64,000 nucleotides of DNA, taken from NCBI GenBank assembly GCA_029211095.1, contig JARGFS010000001.1:851-64850 (forward strand), written 5' to 3'. The position numbers and the translations under genes are program-made. Source of the DNA: a bacterium. GTDB taxonomy: Bacteria > Zixibacteria > MSB-5A5 > GN15 > FEB-12. Below the pieces are notes generated by a model, which did not search any database, was not told the DNA's origin, and saw only the letters and a list, made by a program, of their open reading frames with translations. This document shows, one piece after another, positions 49,008 through 59,387 of the stretch (position 1 is the first letter of the stretch; each line of letters begins with the position of its first letter).

Positions 49008-49934
49008 CTATTGATTTCCCTGATTCTCAGGTTTTGATTCGGAAACCGCCTGCTCTCCATGATTCTCATTCTGGTTTTCTCCCGGCAGAGAGCTGGGCGG
49101 GGCGGGCATCTGGTTCTCTTTGTTGCCTGACTTTATATTGTAGACCGCATCATTTAGTTTCTGCAACTCCTGCCGCGCTCGCTGGGCGAAATCATCCCCC
49201 TGTGAAGCATACAGTACCGAGCGGGAGACATTGATTACCGCCAGTTTACGGAAATTATCGGTTCCATATCTGGCCGCCAGTTCCAATGAACCTCCCTGCG
49301 CTCCAACCCCTGGAATCAGAATGGGCATATCACCGGCGATCCCCCGCACATTGGCCAGTTCTTCCGGCTGCGTGGCTCCAACTACCAGACCGCAGTTTCC
49401 ATCTTTGTTCCAGAAAGCAACTTTGTCAGCCACAACTTTATAAAGCGGTCGGCCACCTACATCCAGCATCTGGAAATCCTTGGAGCCGCTATTGGAAGTA
49501 AGACAGAGAATGAACACCCCCTTGTCCCGGTTTTCAATAAACGGGCGGATGGAATCATACCCCATGTACGGGTTGATTGTCACCCAGTCGGCATCCATTT
49601 TATCAAAGAGGGCCTGCGCATAGTGCGAAGCGGTGTTTCCAATATCCCCCCGCTTGCCATCGAGAATCACCTGTACGGTATCCGGAATGCGTTCCAGGAT
49701 TAGTTTCAGAAGAGAAAAACCATCGGTTCCGAGACTCTCGTAAAAAGCCAGATTCGGTTTATAGGCACAGACAAGATCAGAGGTTGCCTCGATAATTTTC
49801 TGGGCAAAATTGAACATTTCTCGCAAGGAACCGGTGTACTGCTGGGGCATTTTTTTAGGGTCAAGGTCCAGCCCGAGGCAGATCATGGATTTTTGGGTTT
49901 CCTGTATTTTCTTTAATTTATCACTAACGCTCAT
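49008..49934 (-). CDS. pyrF: orotidine 5'-phosphate decarboxylase (type 2) with Q/N/E-rich C-terminal extension
   Basis: ICLGLDLDP, KPN.AFYE and LDGKRGDIGNT. Confidence 0.9.
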   Translation of the reverse strand: MSVSDKLKKIQETQKSMICLGLDLDPKKMPQQYTGSLREMFNFAQKIIEATSDLVCAYKPNLAFYESLGTDGFSLLKLILERIPDTVQVILDGKRGDIGNTASHYAQALFDKMDADWVTINPYMGYDSIRPFIENRDKGVFILCLTSNSGSKDFQMLDVGGRPLYKVVADKVAFWNKDGNCGLVVGATQPEELANVRGIAGDMPILIPGVGAQGGSLELAARYGTDNFRKLAVINVSRSVLYASQGDDFAQRARQELQKLNDAVYNIKSGNKENQMPAPPSSLPGENQNENHGEQAVSESKPENQGNQ

Positions 49935-50851
49935 TAGTACTTCCTAATCTGTCCTATCAATTCGGTAACCGAGGACATCTTTTTTCGCTTGAGGTATTGT
50001 TTTAGATCCTGAATAATTTTGACCGGAGTATACGGATCGATAAAGAGAGCCGTTCCGATCTGCACAGCTGTAGCTCCGCACAGCATGAATTCCACCACAT
50101 CCGAATAATTGGAGATACCGCCGATCCCGATAATTGGCAAGGAGCAGCCCTCGTGCACTCGATTGACCATCGCCAGCGCCACCGGTTTGATAGCCGGACC
50201 GGTCAGCCCCCCCTTGTTGTTGGTAAGTCTGGGGCGGAAGGTATCGATATCAAGAGTGGTCCCGACCAGTGAATTGATCACCGAGAGGGCATCGGCTCCC
50301 CCCTGCTCCGCCGCCAGGGCGATCTCAACGATATTGGTAACGTTGGGCGAGAGCTTTGCAATCAACGGGCGCGGGAACACTTTCTTCACGGCAGCAACCG
50401 CCTTTTCGGTCAGGGCGGCGTTGGCGCCAAACTCCATGCCTCCTTCATCAACATTGGGGCAGGAGATATTGAGTTCAATCATGTCAACCGGTCCGCAGTC
50501 GGCCAGCCGGGAACAAACATCGACATACTCCTGAATGGTGGATCCGGCCACATTGACAATGAAGCGCGTCTTGTGCTCCTGCAGGAAAGGCATCTTGTCC
50601 TGCACAAAGGCGTCAATACCGACATTGGCCAGACCGATGGCGTTGAGCATACCGGATGCGGTCTCGGCCGTTCTTGGAGAGGGATGCCCCAGGCGCGGTT
50701 TGGCAGTTATTGATTTGGTGACCAATGCTCCCAGTTTGGAGAGCGGATACATTTTTGCCAGTTCTTCGCCATAACCGCAACAGCCGGAGGCGGTCATAAT
50801 CGGGTTGTCAAACTTCGTCCCGGCGATTTCTATTTTCAGATCGGGTGTCAC
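49934..50851 (-). CDS. pyrD: dihydroorotate dehydrogenase, class 1B catalytic subunit
   Basis: F.NPIMTASGC.G, ELNISCPNV, and GGI in the C-terminal FMN site. Confidence 0.92.
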   Translation of the reverse strand: MTPDLKIEIAGTKFDNPIMTASGCCGYGEELAKMYPLSKLGALVTKSITAKPRLGHPSPRTAETASGMLNAIGLANVGIDAFVQDKMPFLQEHKTRFIVNVAGSTIQEYVDVCSRLADCGPVDMIELNISCPNVDEGGMEFGANAALTEKAVAAVKKVFPRPLIAKLSPNVTNIVEIALAAEQGGADALSVINSLVGTTLDIDTFRPRLTNNKGGLTGPAIKPVALAMVNRVHEGCSLPIIGIGGISNYSDVVEFMLCGATAVQIGTALFIDPYTPVKIIQDLKQYLKRKKMSSVTELIGQIRKY

Positions 50852-51642
50852 AGGAGCACCTCGCCAATTTTAAATACCGGACCATCGCAGCAAACTCGCG
50901 CGTTGCCGCCTTTCCGCAGGGGGACAATACAGCCAAGGCAGATACCCACGCCGCAAGGCATGGGAGCTTCCAATGAGACCTGTCCCGGTACGTTGAGCTT
51001 CTGACCTAAATCGTCCACCGCCTTGAGCATACCTTCCGGTCCACAGGCATACATTCGCAGTTTACTGTCACCGTTTTGCATAATGTACTTTTTCACTTCG
51101 GTAGTCACCAGACCGCGGGCCCCCACGGAACCATCTTCCGTGACAGGAAAGAGGTTCAGACCCATCCGCTTGAGTCTCGCTTTTTCAACAATGTCACCCG
51201 CAGACCGGCCGCCATAAAAGAACTGGATTGATTTTGGATTGTACCCCTTTTCAATCATCCGCTGAGCCAAAAACATAAGCGGCGGGAAGCCGACTCCTCC
51301 GGCTACGATTATAGTCTTTTCTCTCTTTGAAGGGAGCTTGAAGGGGACTCCGAGCGGACCAAGAACATTGACGCTCTCCCCTTTGCAGTAGTCAGACAGA
51401 ATTTTAGTGCCGCGGCCAAAGACTTTGAAGATGATCTCAAGACCGTCCTTATTCTCCGTCACACCGGCAATTGAAAAGGCCCGCCTGAAAAAGAGCTCGG
51501 GTGATGGTATCTGGAGATGCACAAACTGTCCGGGCTGGCATTTGGCGGCATGGGGAAAAGGGGCGACCGTAATGGAGAAGTAGTCAGCTTTGAGGTCTTT
51601 TATTTTCGTTAGGCTGCCATCATGGCACGCCGGCTTGGTCAT
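50848..51642 (-). CDS. pyrK: dihydroorotate dehydrogenase electron-transfer subunit
   Basis: FAD/NAD-binding fold (RRAFSI, GGVGFPP) and the C-terminal 2Fe-2S motif CGVGICLGC...C. It overlaps pyrD by 4 nt. Confidence 0.9.
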   Translation of the reverse strand: MTKPACHDGSLTKIKDLKADYFSITVAPFPHAAKCQPGQFVHLQIPSPELFFRRAFSIAGVTENKDGLEIIFKVFGRGTKILSDYCKGESVNVLGPLGVPFKLPSKREKTIIVAGGVGFPPLMFLAQRMIEKGYNPKSIQFFYGGRSAGDIVEKARLKRMGLNLFPVTEDGSVGARGLVTTEVKKYIMQNGDSKLRMYACGPEGMLKAVDDLGQKLNVPGQVSLEAPMPCGVGICLGCIVPLRKGGNARVCCDGPVFKIGEVLL

Positions 51643-53762
51643 CGCAATTCTCTTGGCTTCTGGACCTGGTGCTTATACACTTTCCACTGCCCCTGATCTT
51701 CGATAGGCATGGGAGCAATGTCAAAAATCATCCCTTGTACATATCGGAGCAACCGGTTATCCAGTTCTTCGATACTTGAAGGCGTCATTAGCCTAAGGTC
51801 CTCAACACGGCCGGAAAAATCAAGCTTGATTTGAAAATAAAAGTCCATCTGTATCCACTGGACGCGGTATGCTTCGAGAGGGAACTCAAATTCCTCCCGG
51901 AAGACGGTCGGTTTTACTTCCGGATACAAGAGGGTTATCGAGTCACCATCGGGGCCAATGTAGATGGCGGCATAGGGGTCGACATAATCGCTGGTATCTG
52001 CCGTGCCATCTACCGGAGCGATCTCCTGAGAAGTCGAATCAATCACTTCCTGATCGGCCAGTTCATCCCGGAAAGAGCGTTGCGGCGTGTAGCTGGTGCG
52101 CTTGCGGGCTTCTTCACTCCAGAACGTATTGGGGAAGGAGTCAACAAACTCGTTATAAGCAAATATCAGCGAAGAATCACCCGGGCTCTGGTATTGTTCG
52201 GTCAACCAGATGGTCGCAAATTTTGCCTGCAGGAAAAACTTGGAATCTTCAAAATTGTCGACCACATACTGGTAACGGGCTCTGGCCGAATCAATCTGGC
52301 CTTCGTCAATGAACTCTTCGGCCTGACGAATATAGACCTGGGCGTAGCCGGTATCGGCTTCGGTACCGATAAGATTTCTCATCTCCATTAGCTCGCCAAC
52401 GTAATCGGAATTAGAATAGTTGCTTATGATCAGATCAATGATTGAGTCAGCCGCGGTGGAATCGTTGGTTCCTTCGGTATACATTCGAGACAGAGCCAGC
52501 ATAGCTTTGGGGACTTCATAGGCTGTCGGAAAGGAATCAATTAGGTACTGCATTTCCAGCATGGCCGAGTCCGGTTTATTCAATTGGAACCAGTATAGCT
52601 CCGACAACAGGTATTGGGTGTGAGCGGCTTCGTCAATCTGAGTTTGGGTTGTGGCCGAGTCAATAGTCAGAGAGCGGGCGTAGGTTTCAATCTTCCCGAT
52701 ATCGGATGATTTCTGAAGGGCCAGTCTCCCAATGTCTGAGGAGCGGGAGAGTCTTGTGGAGAGATCATAATACTCTTTGGCCTTTTTGAGATCATCATAT
52801 TCATACTGGTAGATCAACCCGAGATTCAGGTTTGCTTCACCGGCGGCCCGGCTGTTAGCTTCGTCCAGCGAGACTTCTTCATAGATAGAGATGGCCCCTT
52901 CAATATCCTCATCCAATTCGTATCCATAGGCGGTGGCCAGTTTTAGAACGGCCAGGGAATCAAAATAGAGTTCGTCATCGGATAGCTGCTTGAGATAATC
53001 CATCCCATCGGCAATCCTCTGCAGACGATAAGAACAGATAGCCGCACTGTAGAGGGCATGGTATTTCAGGTCTTTCTCCGGCTCCAGCCCCAGCACCTGT
53101 AAGTAAGCGCCCAGAGCTTTGTCAAATTGGAAGGAGTTGAAGTAAGCATCGGCGACAAATTCCTGTGCCTTTTCAACCTCTTCATTAGTGCCAACGGAGT
53201 CACGCACAAAGAGAAAATATGGTTCGGCCAGATCATAATCACGATTCTCGTAATGATATTCTCCAATCGCCATGCCTGCTTCGGCTCTTATAGAACGGTC
53301 GTATTCATCACTCAACAGGACTTCGAACAGTGTCATCGCCTCGGCCATCTCATTCTGTTGCAGTTTTGCTTTGGCCAGGTAGAGGTTCACTTCCTTGATA
53401 AATTGGGACTCAGGGTAGTTGGCCAGCAGTTCGCGCATGCGGCGCTCGGACTTCAGGTATTGACCGGTTTGAAAATATGAGACACCCAGAACATAAAGAG
53501 CGTCATCATACCACTTGGAGTTAGGGTGATTCTCAATGACTTTGAGCGACTTTTCAATAGCAATATTGTACTGTCCGGCATTAATACTTGGATGCCCTCT
53601 CTTGAGGCCTTCTTTACGAGCATTCTCGGCAATATTGAAAGCTTTCCGGGCATTGTAGAACGTGTTGTAGTAGACACAGCCTGACATGGCCAGCACTAAC
53701 AGCGAGATAGCCAACAGGAGCGTGGATCGTCTAATGGTCAAGTCTGATATTCTCCGCTTCAT
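51639..53762 (-). CDS. large TPR-repeat lipoprotein
   Basis: MKRRISDLTIRRSTLLLAISLLVLAMSGC is a signal plus lipobox-like Cys. There are many TPR units. It overlaps pyrK by 4 nt. I prefer ATG 53762; the ORF track uses TTG 53780. Confidence 0.6.
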   Translation of the reverse strand: MKRRISDLTIRRSTLLLAISLLVLAMSGCVYYNTFYNARKAFNIAENARKEGLKRGHPSINAGQYNIAIEKSLKVIENHPNSKWYDDALYVLGVSYFQTGQYLKSERRMRELLANYPESQFIKEVNLYLAKAKLQQNEMAEAMTLFEVLLSDEYDRSIRAEAGMAIGEYHYENRDYDLAEPYFLFVRDSVGTNEEVEKAQEFVADAYFNSFQFDKALGAYLQVLGLEPEKDLKYHALYSAAICSYRLQRIADGMDYLKQLSDDELYFDSLAVLKLATAYGYELDEDIEGAISIYEEVSLDEANSRAAGEANLNLGLIYQYEYDDLKKAKEYYDLSTRLSRSSDIGRLALQKSSDIGKIETYARSLTIDSATTQTQIDEAAHTQYLLSELYWFQLNKPDSAMLEMQYLIDSFPTAYEVPKAMLALSRMYTEGTNDSTAADSIIDLIISNYSNSDYVGELMEMRNLIGTEADTGYAQVYIRQAEEFIDEGQIDSARARYQYVVDNFEDSKFFLQAKFATIWLTEQYQSPGDSSLIFAYNEFVDSFPNTFWSEEARKRTSYTPQRSFRDELADQEVIDSTSQEIAPVDGTADTSDYVDPYAAIYIGPDGDSITLLYPEVKPTVFREEFEFPLEAYRVQWIQMDFYFQIKLDFSGRVEDLRLMTPSSIEELDNRLLRYVQGMIFDIAPMPIEDQGQWKVYKHQVQKPRELR

Positions 53763-53830
53763 AAGCAATACCGGTTGCAAAGCTTATACTTCCGATACTC
53801 TCTCCCGTTTCAAAGTCAGCCCGGCGGATT

Positions 53831-54574
53831 CTACTGGTCCGCAACACGTTCAGACTTCAGATTAGCTACCATATCAGGAAGAAACTGACCCGAGGGCAAG
53901 TTAAAACAGAAATCGGCCATTTCCGAAATCGGGGTCGGTTCCACGTTGATCTCAACCAGGATGGCCCCGTGACGTTTAGCCGCAACAGGCAATGACGCGG
54001 CCGGGTGGACGAGGGCCGAAGTGCCAACGGAGAAAAAGATATCGGCCTGTTCTGATTCTTCAAAAGCGCTGTTTATTACCTGCTCGTTAAGCAATTCTCC
54101 AAACCAAACGACATCCGGCCTGATTTTTCCGCCGCACTTTTTGCATTTGGGAATGGCGTCCGGATCAATGTCACCTTCGTCAAGAAACGGGCTGGAACAG
54201 TCGGCACATTTGTTTCGCAGGATATTACCATGCAATTCAAGCACCTCCTTAGAGCCAGCCGCCTGGTGCAGGGAATCTACGTTCTGGGTTATGAGGCAGA
54301 AGCTGTCAAAGAGCTGTTCCATCTCACTCATAGCAAAATGTCCCGGGTTCGGCTGGACTTTTCCAAGAAGTTCCCGGCGCCAATTGTACCACTCCCAGAC
54401 AATCGATGAATTGGCCATAAATGCATCCATCGTGGCCAATTCCTCCGGGCGAAACTTCCCCCAGAGTCCTTCTTTCCCCCGAAAGGTAGGTACACCGGAT
54501 TCGGCTGAGACTCCGGCCCCGGTCAGGACAACACATCGCTTGCAGGACTTGATTCGTTTCAGAAGGTCTTCCAT
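53831..54574 (-). CDS. cobB: NAD-dependent protein deacylase (sirtuin, CobB-type)
   Basis: TGAGVSAESG.PTFRG, QNVDSLH and a Zn ribbon C-x2-C...C-x2-C. Confidence 0.9.
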   Translation of the reverse strand: MEDLLKRIKSCKRCVVLTGAGVSAESGVPTFRGKEGLWGKFRPEELATMDAFMANSSIVWEWYNWRRELLGKVQPNPGHFAMSEMEQLFDSFCLITQNVDSLHQAAGSKEVLELHGNILRNKCADCSSPFLDEGDIDPDAIPKCKKCGGKIRPDVVWFGELLNEQVINSAFEESEQADIFFSVGTSALVHPAASLPVAAKRHGAILVEINVEPTPISEMADFCFNLPSGQFLPDMVANLKSERVADQ

Positions 54575-54656
54575 ACGGATTTAAGATAATCGGCCGCAGG
54601 GGAAAAGACAATCTATTATAGAAAGGTGTCGCCCGTTGCGGGAAATTGCCGAGCCT

Positions 54657-56834
54657 TCAGCCGTTTTGGCCTGACCTGGCTTTGCTCCCTACCAGGTAAG
54701 TCTCCGGAACTGTTTCTGAATGGCCGGCGTACATTCTGAACTCTAAAACCTGCGGTGTGGAGCTGAGCGACAGGCGGAAGAGGTGGAGCAGGGTTGTTCC
54801 CTGATAGACCTTCTCAAAGCCGCCCTCGGAAAGAGAGACGGTGAAGATGGGCATCCGCCAGAGTTCGGCCGGTTCGCTGGTCTGCTGGGCGACAGCAATA
54901 GAACGGTATTGATCGAACAGGATCAGGCTGGAGGCGTTTTCATGCCGATCCAGAGAATCCAGATATGACCGCTCCGGCCTGATATTATCAACCAGAACAA
55001 ATCTATCCTCAGCATGACCGGCCTGGAAGTTGAAGTTATTCTCCACTCCAAAGGCAACATTGATAGGAGAATCAGAGCTGGTTGTGAGGGTATAGCGTAC
55101 TGTCAACTCGTTGGACGATGCCTGAAAAATGAACTCTTTGTTTATCTGAACCGGAAGCACCCCTTCCGGCCGCCAGAGATGTCCGGATCGACTGAGCTTG
55201 ACTGTCCCTGGCTCAGGGTTGTCTTCCACAGTATAAGGTTCCAGAACAAAATCCCCTTCTTCGCCAAACTTAGCTGAGAAGAATTTGCTTAGGTCTACAT
55301 CCGGGGTCAGGAAGTGATCAATAAAGCAGCGCTTGAGATACCAGTCCTCTACCAGAAGTTCCTTCAGCCCCGGCTCCTTGGCCAGGATGAGGTCATGAAT
55401 TGAACTCGTGTTTGAAGGCTCGCCATCCAGAACAGCTATATCGAGATGAGTATGGTAGCCTTCGGTTCGGCGGGTCAGGGTATCGGTTATGTCAAAATTC
55501 TGACCTTTGAGATTCAAATTGAGCAGGCTTCCGCCCCGAGAGGGTTTGATAATGGCGTGGAACTGCTCGGTGGCTACGCCTATCTCTTCCTGGCCATCGA
55601 AATCCAGGTCTTTCCGAAACTCCTTAACACCTGAGAACTCAGTCAGCCGGTCAAGTTCGGAGTCAGCCGAAATTAGTGCTTCCCAGATCGCCTGCCGGAT
55701 ATGCGGCAGATAGAGCCCCCCAAAGACGCCGTGCCAGTAAGGGCAATTGCACTGAGCAGCCTGGAGCCGGTCACGGGCCCGGCTGGTGTCGAGCGCATGG
55801 TTTTCGCTTTCAACCAGAGCCAGCCGCTCAGAGACAGCCAGCATCCGCTTGTGCATCAGATTTGATTCTTCATACTTGGTCAAAAAGCCGCGCCAATGTC
55901 CGCCCCGAACAAAACGTCCAAAACGTTCTTCCATTTTGGCCTGCTTGAGTGTCTCTTCAAACTTTTCGTATTCCACGTACGCTTTGGTGGGAAGGGACCA
56001 GTGGAGCATCTCTTGATAAGAGGCCGAAGGGAGATAGGCGCGTCCAACCGTCTTCAGGGCGGCGGCCTCGTGAAGCGGGATTATTTCCAGCCAGTCGGAA
56101 TTTTGCCGAACGGCCTGGAAAAACTCCCGCAGCCAGCCATCTTCATAGCAGTGCTCGTAGGTCTTGGGCCAGACGCCGAATTTCTCACCATCATCAGCAT
56201 ATACGGCTAACCCGTTGGGATCACGATCAGCCTGACTTTTTAATTCAGCAATGAGGTCTTCAACTTTTCCAAACGGCATGAGATAGCGAAGTCTCTTCTG
56301 GATCGGCAGGAGCACAACCGAGGCGCCGCTTTCTTCGGTCAGGAACGGGCCGGTTAGCTGGCTCTGTTCAAATCCGGCGTAGATAAAATGGGTATCATCG
56401 ACCGGAAGGTACTTCACCCCGGATTCGTTCAGCAATCGAGGCAGGTGCGGCTCCCAAATTCTCTCCGTGAGCCAGAGGCCGCTGGGGTCGATTTCGAAAT
56501 GCTCGCGAAGATACTGGCTTAGCCTATGAATCTGCGCCCTGGAGTCCCGTTCGGGAATCGAGGTGAGGATCGGTTCATAAAAGCCGCCGGTCATCAGTTC
56601 AATCTGCCCTCGGTCAACCATCGAACCGACCAACCGGAAATACTCCGGATGGGTCTGTTTTTGCCAGTCCCAGAGAATCCCGGACTGGTGCAATGAGATT
56701 CTTATCTCTTCAAATTTGCTCAATAATTCCAGAAAGGGAAGGTAGGCCCGCTGGTGTGCTTCTTCAAATACAGCCGTGAAATTTCCGACCGGTTGATGAT
56801 TGTGAATTCCAAAGGCGAGTTTGAATTTGTCCAT
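54657..56834 (-). CDS. glycoside hydrolase family 57 alpha-glucan enzyme (amylase / 4-alpha-glucanotransferase type) with C-terminal extension
   Basis: The N-terminus FGIHNHQPVGNF....E.A...Y.PFL is the GH57 signature start. 725 aa. Confidence 0.85.
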   Translation of the reverse strand: MDKFKLAFGIHNHQPVGNFTAVFEEAHQRAYLPFLELLSKFEEIRISLHQSGILWDWQKQTHPEYFRLVGSMVDRGQIELMTGGFYEPILTSIPERDSRAQIHRLSQYLREHFEIDPSGLWLTERIWEPHLPRLLNESGVKYLPVDDTHFIYAGFEQSQLTGPFLTEESGASVVLLPIQKRLRYLMPFGKVEDLIAELKSQADRDPNGLAVYADDGEKFGVWPKTYEHCYEDGWLREFFQAVRQNSDWLEIIPLHEAAALKTVGRAYLPSASYQEMLHWSLPTKAYVEYEKFEETLKQAKMEERFGRFVRGGHWRGFLTKYEESNLMHKRMLAVSERLALVESENHALDTSRARDRLQAAQCNCPYWHGVFGGLYLPHIRQAIWEALISADSELDRLTEFSGVKEFRKDLDFDGQEEIGVATEQFHAIIKPSRGGSLLNLNLKGQNFDITDTLTRRTEGYHTHLDIAVLDGEPSNTSSIHDLILAKEPGLKELLVEDWYLKRCFIDHFLTPDVDLSKFFSAKFGEEGDFVLEPYTVEDNPEPGTVKLSRSGHLWRPEGVLPVQINKEFIFQASSNELTVRYTLTTSSDSPINVAFGVENNFNFQAGHAEDRFVLVDNIRPERSYLDSLDRHENASSLILFDQYRSIAVAQQTSEPAELWRMPIFTVSLSEGGFEKVYQGTTLLHLFRLSLSSTPQVLEFRMYAGHSETVPETYLVGSKARSGQNG

Positions 56835-56838
56835 GTTG

Positions 56839-57741
56839 TTAGAATAGCTCGAATTTCAGGTTGATATATTTACGTGGATCGGCTTTGATATCGTTTACCA
56901 AAGCGTCAATGTCATCGGCGGTCTTGCGAAGATCGTCATAGAGCTTTCTATCTTCAAGCATCATTTGCAAAGAGCCGTCCGGGCTGTTGAGTCGGTCGGC
57001 AAACTCCTGGGCGGCCAGCGAGAGTGTGTCCAGTCGAGCGACCAACTGTTCCATCCCGGCCGTAACTCGATCAACCCGCGTGATTGATGAATCAATTTTC
57101 CCGGAGTTGGTTTCTATCATCCGGTTGAGTTTTTTGGACGCAGCAAGAAAGTTGTCCGCGGTCTGGTCAAGTTTGCCTTCGCTTCGCTCCATATAGTTAG
57201 CCATTGAGCCTGAAACTCGTTCCAGATTGGCCACAGCACTGTTGAATTTCCCCAGGCTGGAATCTGACCCGACGGTTCTTTTGAAAGTAACCACCAGTTC
57301 ATGCAGTTCGGTAATCATCTCCCCCATCAACCCCATGACTTCCGGCATCCCGCTGTCATACTCACCAATGGCAGCCACGGTTGTATCCAGAAGCGTGGCG
57401 GATTCACCCGGATAGATGGCAACAAAGCGCTCCCCCATCAGCCCGTAGTTGCGGATAATGAACCGGGCATCCTCTTTGAGCAGGACTTCGCGCCCCAAGA
57501 GCAGTTCTGTCATCACCCCGGATTCGGTCAGGGTCATCCCGTTTACTTTTCCTTTTATGACCCCCGCCACGGTGACAATATTCCCGACTTTCAGCATCCC
57601 GGCATCCTGGAACTTGACCGTAACCGAGCGGGACCCTTCCCGCAGCTGAACGCCCTGCAGCCAGTACAATGACCCGACCAGAACCAGGATTCCGACTATA
57701 ACAAACAGGCCGACCTTGAATTCTAAGTTTTTAGCAGCCAT
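56839..57741 (-). CDS. MlaD/MCE-family protein
   Basis: N-terminal anchor EFKVGLFVIVGILVLVGSLYWL is followed by an MCE beta-barrel region and a helical C-terminus. Confidence 0.8.
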   Translation of the reverse strand: MAAKNLEFKVGLFVIVGILVLVGSLYWLQGVQLREGSRSVTVKFQDAGMLKVGNIVTVAGVIKGKVNGMTLTESGVMTELLLGREVLLKEDARFIIRNYGLMGERFVAIYPGESATLLDTTVAAIGEYDSGMPEVMGLMGEMITELHELVVTFKRTVGSDSSLGKFNSAVANLERVSGSMANYMERSEGKLDQTADNFLAASKKLNRMIETNSGKIDSSITRVDRVTAGMEQLVARLDTLSLAAQEFADRLNSPDGSLQMMLEDRKLYDDLRKTADDIDALVNDIKADPRKYINLKFELF

Positions 57742-57801
57742 AAGATATACTTAACCTATCGGTAAGTTATTACCTTGTTTTAGTTTATCCGGCTCAATTT
57801 G

Positions 57802-58710
57802 TTACAGGGTGGCCGCAATGGCAAGATAATTTTCATGGCGAAAACGGCTGATCAAACCCTGCTCTACGGCCGTTTTTACGGCGCAATCCGGCTCATGGCT
57901 GTGGCTACAGGGCTGAAACCGGCACAGCGGGGAGAATTTGCCGAATTCAGGAAAGTACTCGGCCAGCATCTCTTTTTCTACTTCCCAGAGCCCCATCACT
58001 TTCAGACCGGGCGAATCGACCAAATAACCGCCACTGGGGATTTCAAATAGCTCAATATTGGTGGTGGTGTGGCGACCCTTGTTGGAATAGTCAGAGACTT
58101 CCCCAACTTTGCGGTCAATTCCGGGCAGCAGTAGATTCAGTAGCGCGGATTTCCCAACCCCGGAATTTCCGGCAAAAAGGGTCCGATGATCGACCAGCGC
58201 CTGCCGGAGTTGATCGGTCCCTTCTTCTTTGATGGCCGAAGTGAGAAACAGCTGATAACCGATTTTTCGGTATTCTTCGACGAAATGCTCCAAGTTCTCC
58301 TGAGGTTCCAGATCGGTCTTGTTGACAATTATCAGCGGGGTCATATCTCCGTTCAGCGCGGCAATCAGCATGCGATCAATCAGGCCGGTCTTGAATGGCG
58401 GAGAATTGACCGAAGTGACAATGGCCAATTGGTCCAGATTGGCAGCTATTACCTGTTTGATTGACTCCGAGCGAATTGAAGGACGGTAAAAAGAGGAGCG
58501 CCGCTCCATTACCTTTTCAATCGCTCCCCGCCCCCCTTCGGGCCGACTGAACAACACATCATCCCCCACCGCCACCGGCGTGACTCCGGGGATTTCGAGC
58601 TTTACTTTTCGGCGCACTTCGCACTTGACCCGGTCGCCGTTTTCAGCGCGAACTTCAAAAAGACGTCCTCGGGTGGCAATGACTATGCCGGATTCAAAAT
58701 CGTTCACCAT
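57802..58710 (-). CDS. rsgA: ribosome small-subunit-dependent GTPase A
   Basis: OB-fold N-terminus, circularly permuted GTPase (NKTDL ... [12 protein letters not shown]) and Zn knuckle C-x-x-x-x-C-x-H-x5-C ([14 protein letters not shown]). I prefer ATG 58710 over the upstream TTG. Confidence 0.85.
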   Translation of the reverse strand: MVNDFESGIVIATRGRLFEVRAENGDRVKCEVRRKVKLEIPGVTPVAVGDDVLFSRPEGGRGAIEKVMERRSSFYRPSIRSESIKQVIAANLDQLAIVTSVNSPPFKTGLIDRMLIAALNGDMTPLIIVNKTDLEPQENLEHFVEEYRKIGYQLFLTSAIKEEGTDQLRQALVDHRTLFAGNSGVGKSALLNLLLPGIDRKVGEVSDYSNKGRHTTTNIELFEIPSGGYLVDSPGLKVMGLWEVEKEMLAEYFPEFGKFSPLCRFQPCSHSHEPDCAVKTAVEQGLISRFRHENYLAIAATL

Positions 58711-58859
58711 ACCAAAAGGTATATCGCAATTGGCCCGGTTACAAGCTCCGAAGTTGGGCGGGGAGGACCGGGAGTCCTGATCCACTTGACATATATGATT
58801 CCGCAATCTGTGTTAAGATAGGTGAAATATTCAGTCTAATTCGATGCAAAACAGGAGGT

Positions 58860-59387
58860 TTGAATGAAGTGGCCATCCAAAGGTTTCTGATTCCTTTCTG
58901 CGTTATTTGCATTTTCTGCTCAAGCATCTCAAGCCAAAGTCTCTATTTGGACAAGAACGAGAATGGATTCGGAATTGGGATGAGCCTCTCGACAAACGAA
59001 AATGCATCCGGTATAGGAGGTAGTGCCTCAATGGCATTCTCGGGCATGATTGATATTGGGCTCGGCATAGGAAGAACGTCTTCAAAGGATATTGATGATC
59101 GTACAGCCCTCTCAATTGGACCGGCGATTTCGTTTATGGTTATCAAAGAGGATGGCGTAAATTATCCCATTTCAGTACAATTAGGTACCGGATATACACA
59201 CACTTCGTTTAACGACGATGCTCTATCACAATCTGGCAATAAAAAGTCTGCACGGACCTGCCCTACTGAGCTTGCCAAATTGTCAGGAGGGCCCTTCGGC
59301 AAGCTCAGGACAAGCAGGCCTCCTGACCTACTACTACTACAGGACCTACCCTGCCAAGCAATCTGGGAGACCATTATCTTGCAATAA
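58860..59387 (+). CDS. signal-peptide ORF immediately upstream of secA; beta-barrel-like N-terminal two thirds with a REP-encoded tail (possible truncated gene or pseudogene)
   Basis: Possible starts are TTG 58860 or GTG 58869, after AGGAGG at 58853-58858. The signal-like segment is AIQRFLIPFCVICIFCSSISS. There is no C-terminal aromatic beta-signal. The last ~45 codons are encoded by palindromes and (CTA)4. One hand-counted 60-nt line gave 43% GC. Confidence 0.35.
   Translation: MNEVAIQRFLIPFCVICIFCSSISSQSLYLDKNENGFGIGMSLSTNENASGIGGSASMAFSGMIDIGLGIGRTSSKDIDDRTALSIGPAISFMVIKEDGVNYPISVQLGTGYTHTSFNDDALSQSGNKKSARTCPTELAKLSGGPFGKLRTSRPPDLLLLQDLPCQAIWETIILQ
59267..59339. repeat. two interleaved perfect palindromes plus (CTA)4
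   Basis: S1 pairs tgagcttgcc (59267-59276) with ggcaagctca (59298-59307). S2 pairs gtcaggagg (59282-59290) with cctcctgac (59319-59327). Then ctactactacta (59328-59339). Confidence 0.85.

Noticed and set aside
49008-49140. Q/N/E-rich C-terminal extension of PyrF as a separate domain or fusion
   Set aside because: It is a low-complexity tail with no repeat structure at DNA level and is probably a disordered linker. Not pursued.
53831-54574. SIR2-domain protein as a defence effector (Thoeris/DSR-like)
   Set aside because: It is a 247-aa canonical CobB-type deacylase with a zinc ribbon, has no partner genes and sits among housekeeping genes.
56839-57741. Lone mlaD without mlaE/mlaF as evidence of a novel lipid-transport system
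   Set aside because: Single MCE genes detached from their permease and ATPase are common, and nothing in the flanks (GH57, rsgA) suggests a functional link.
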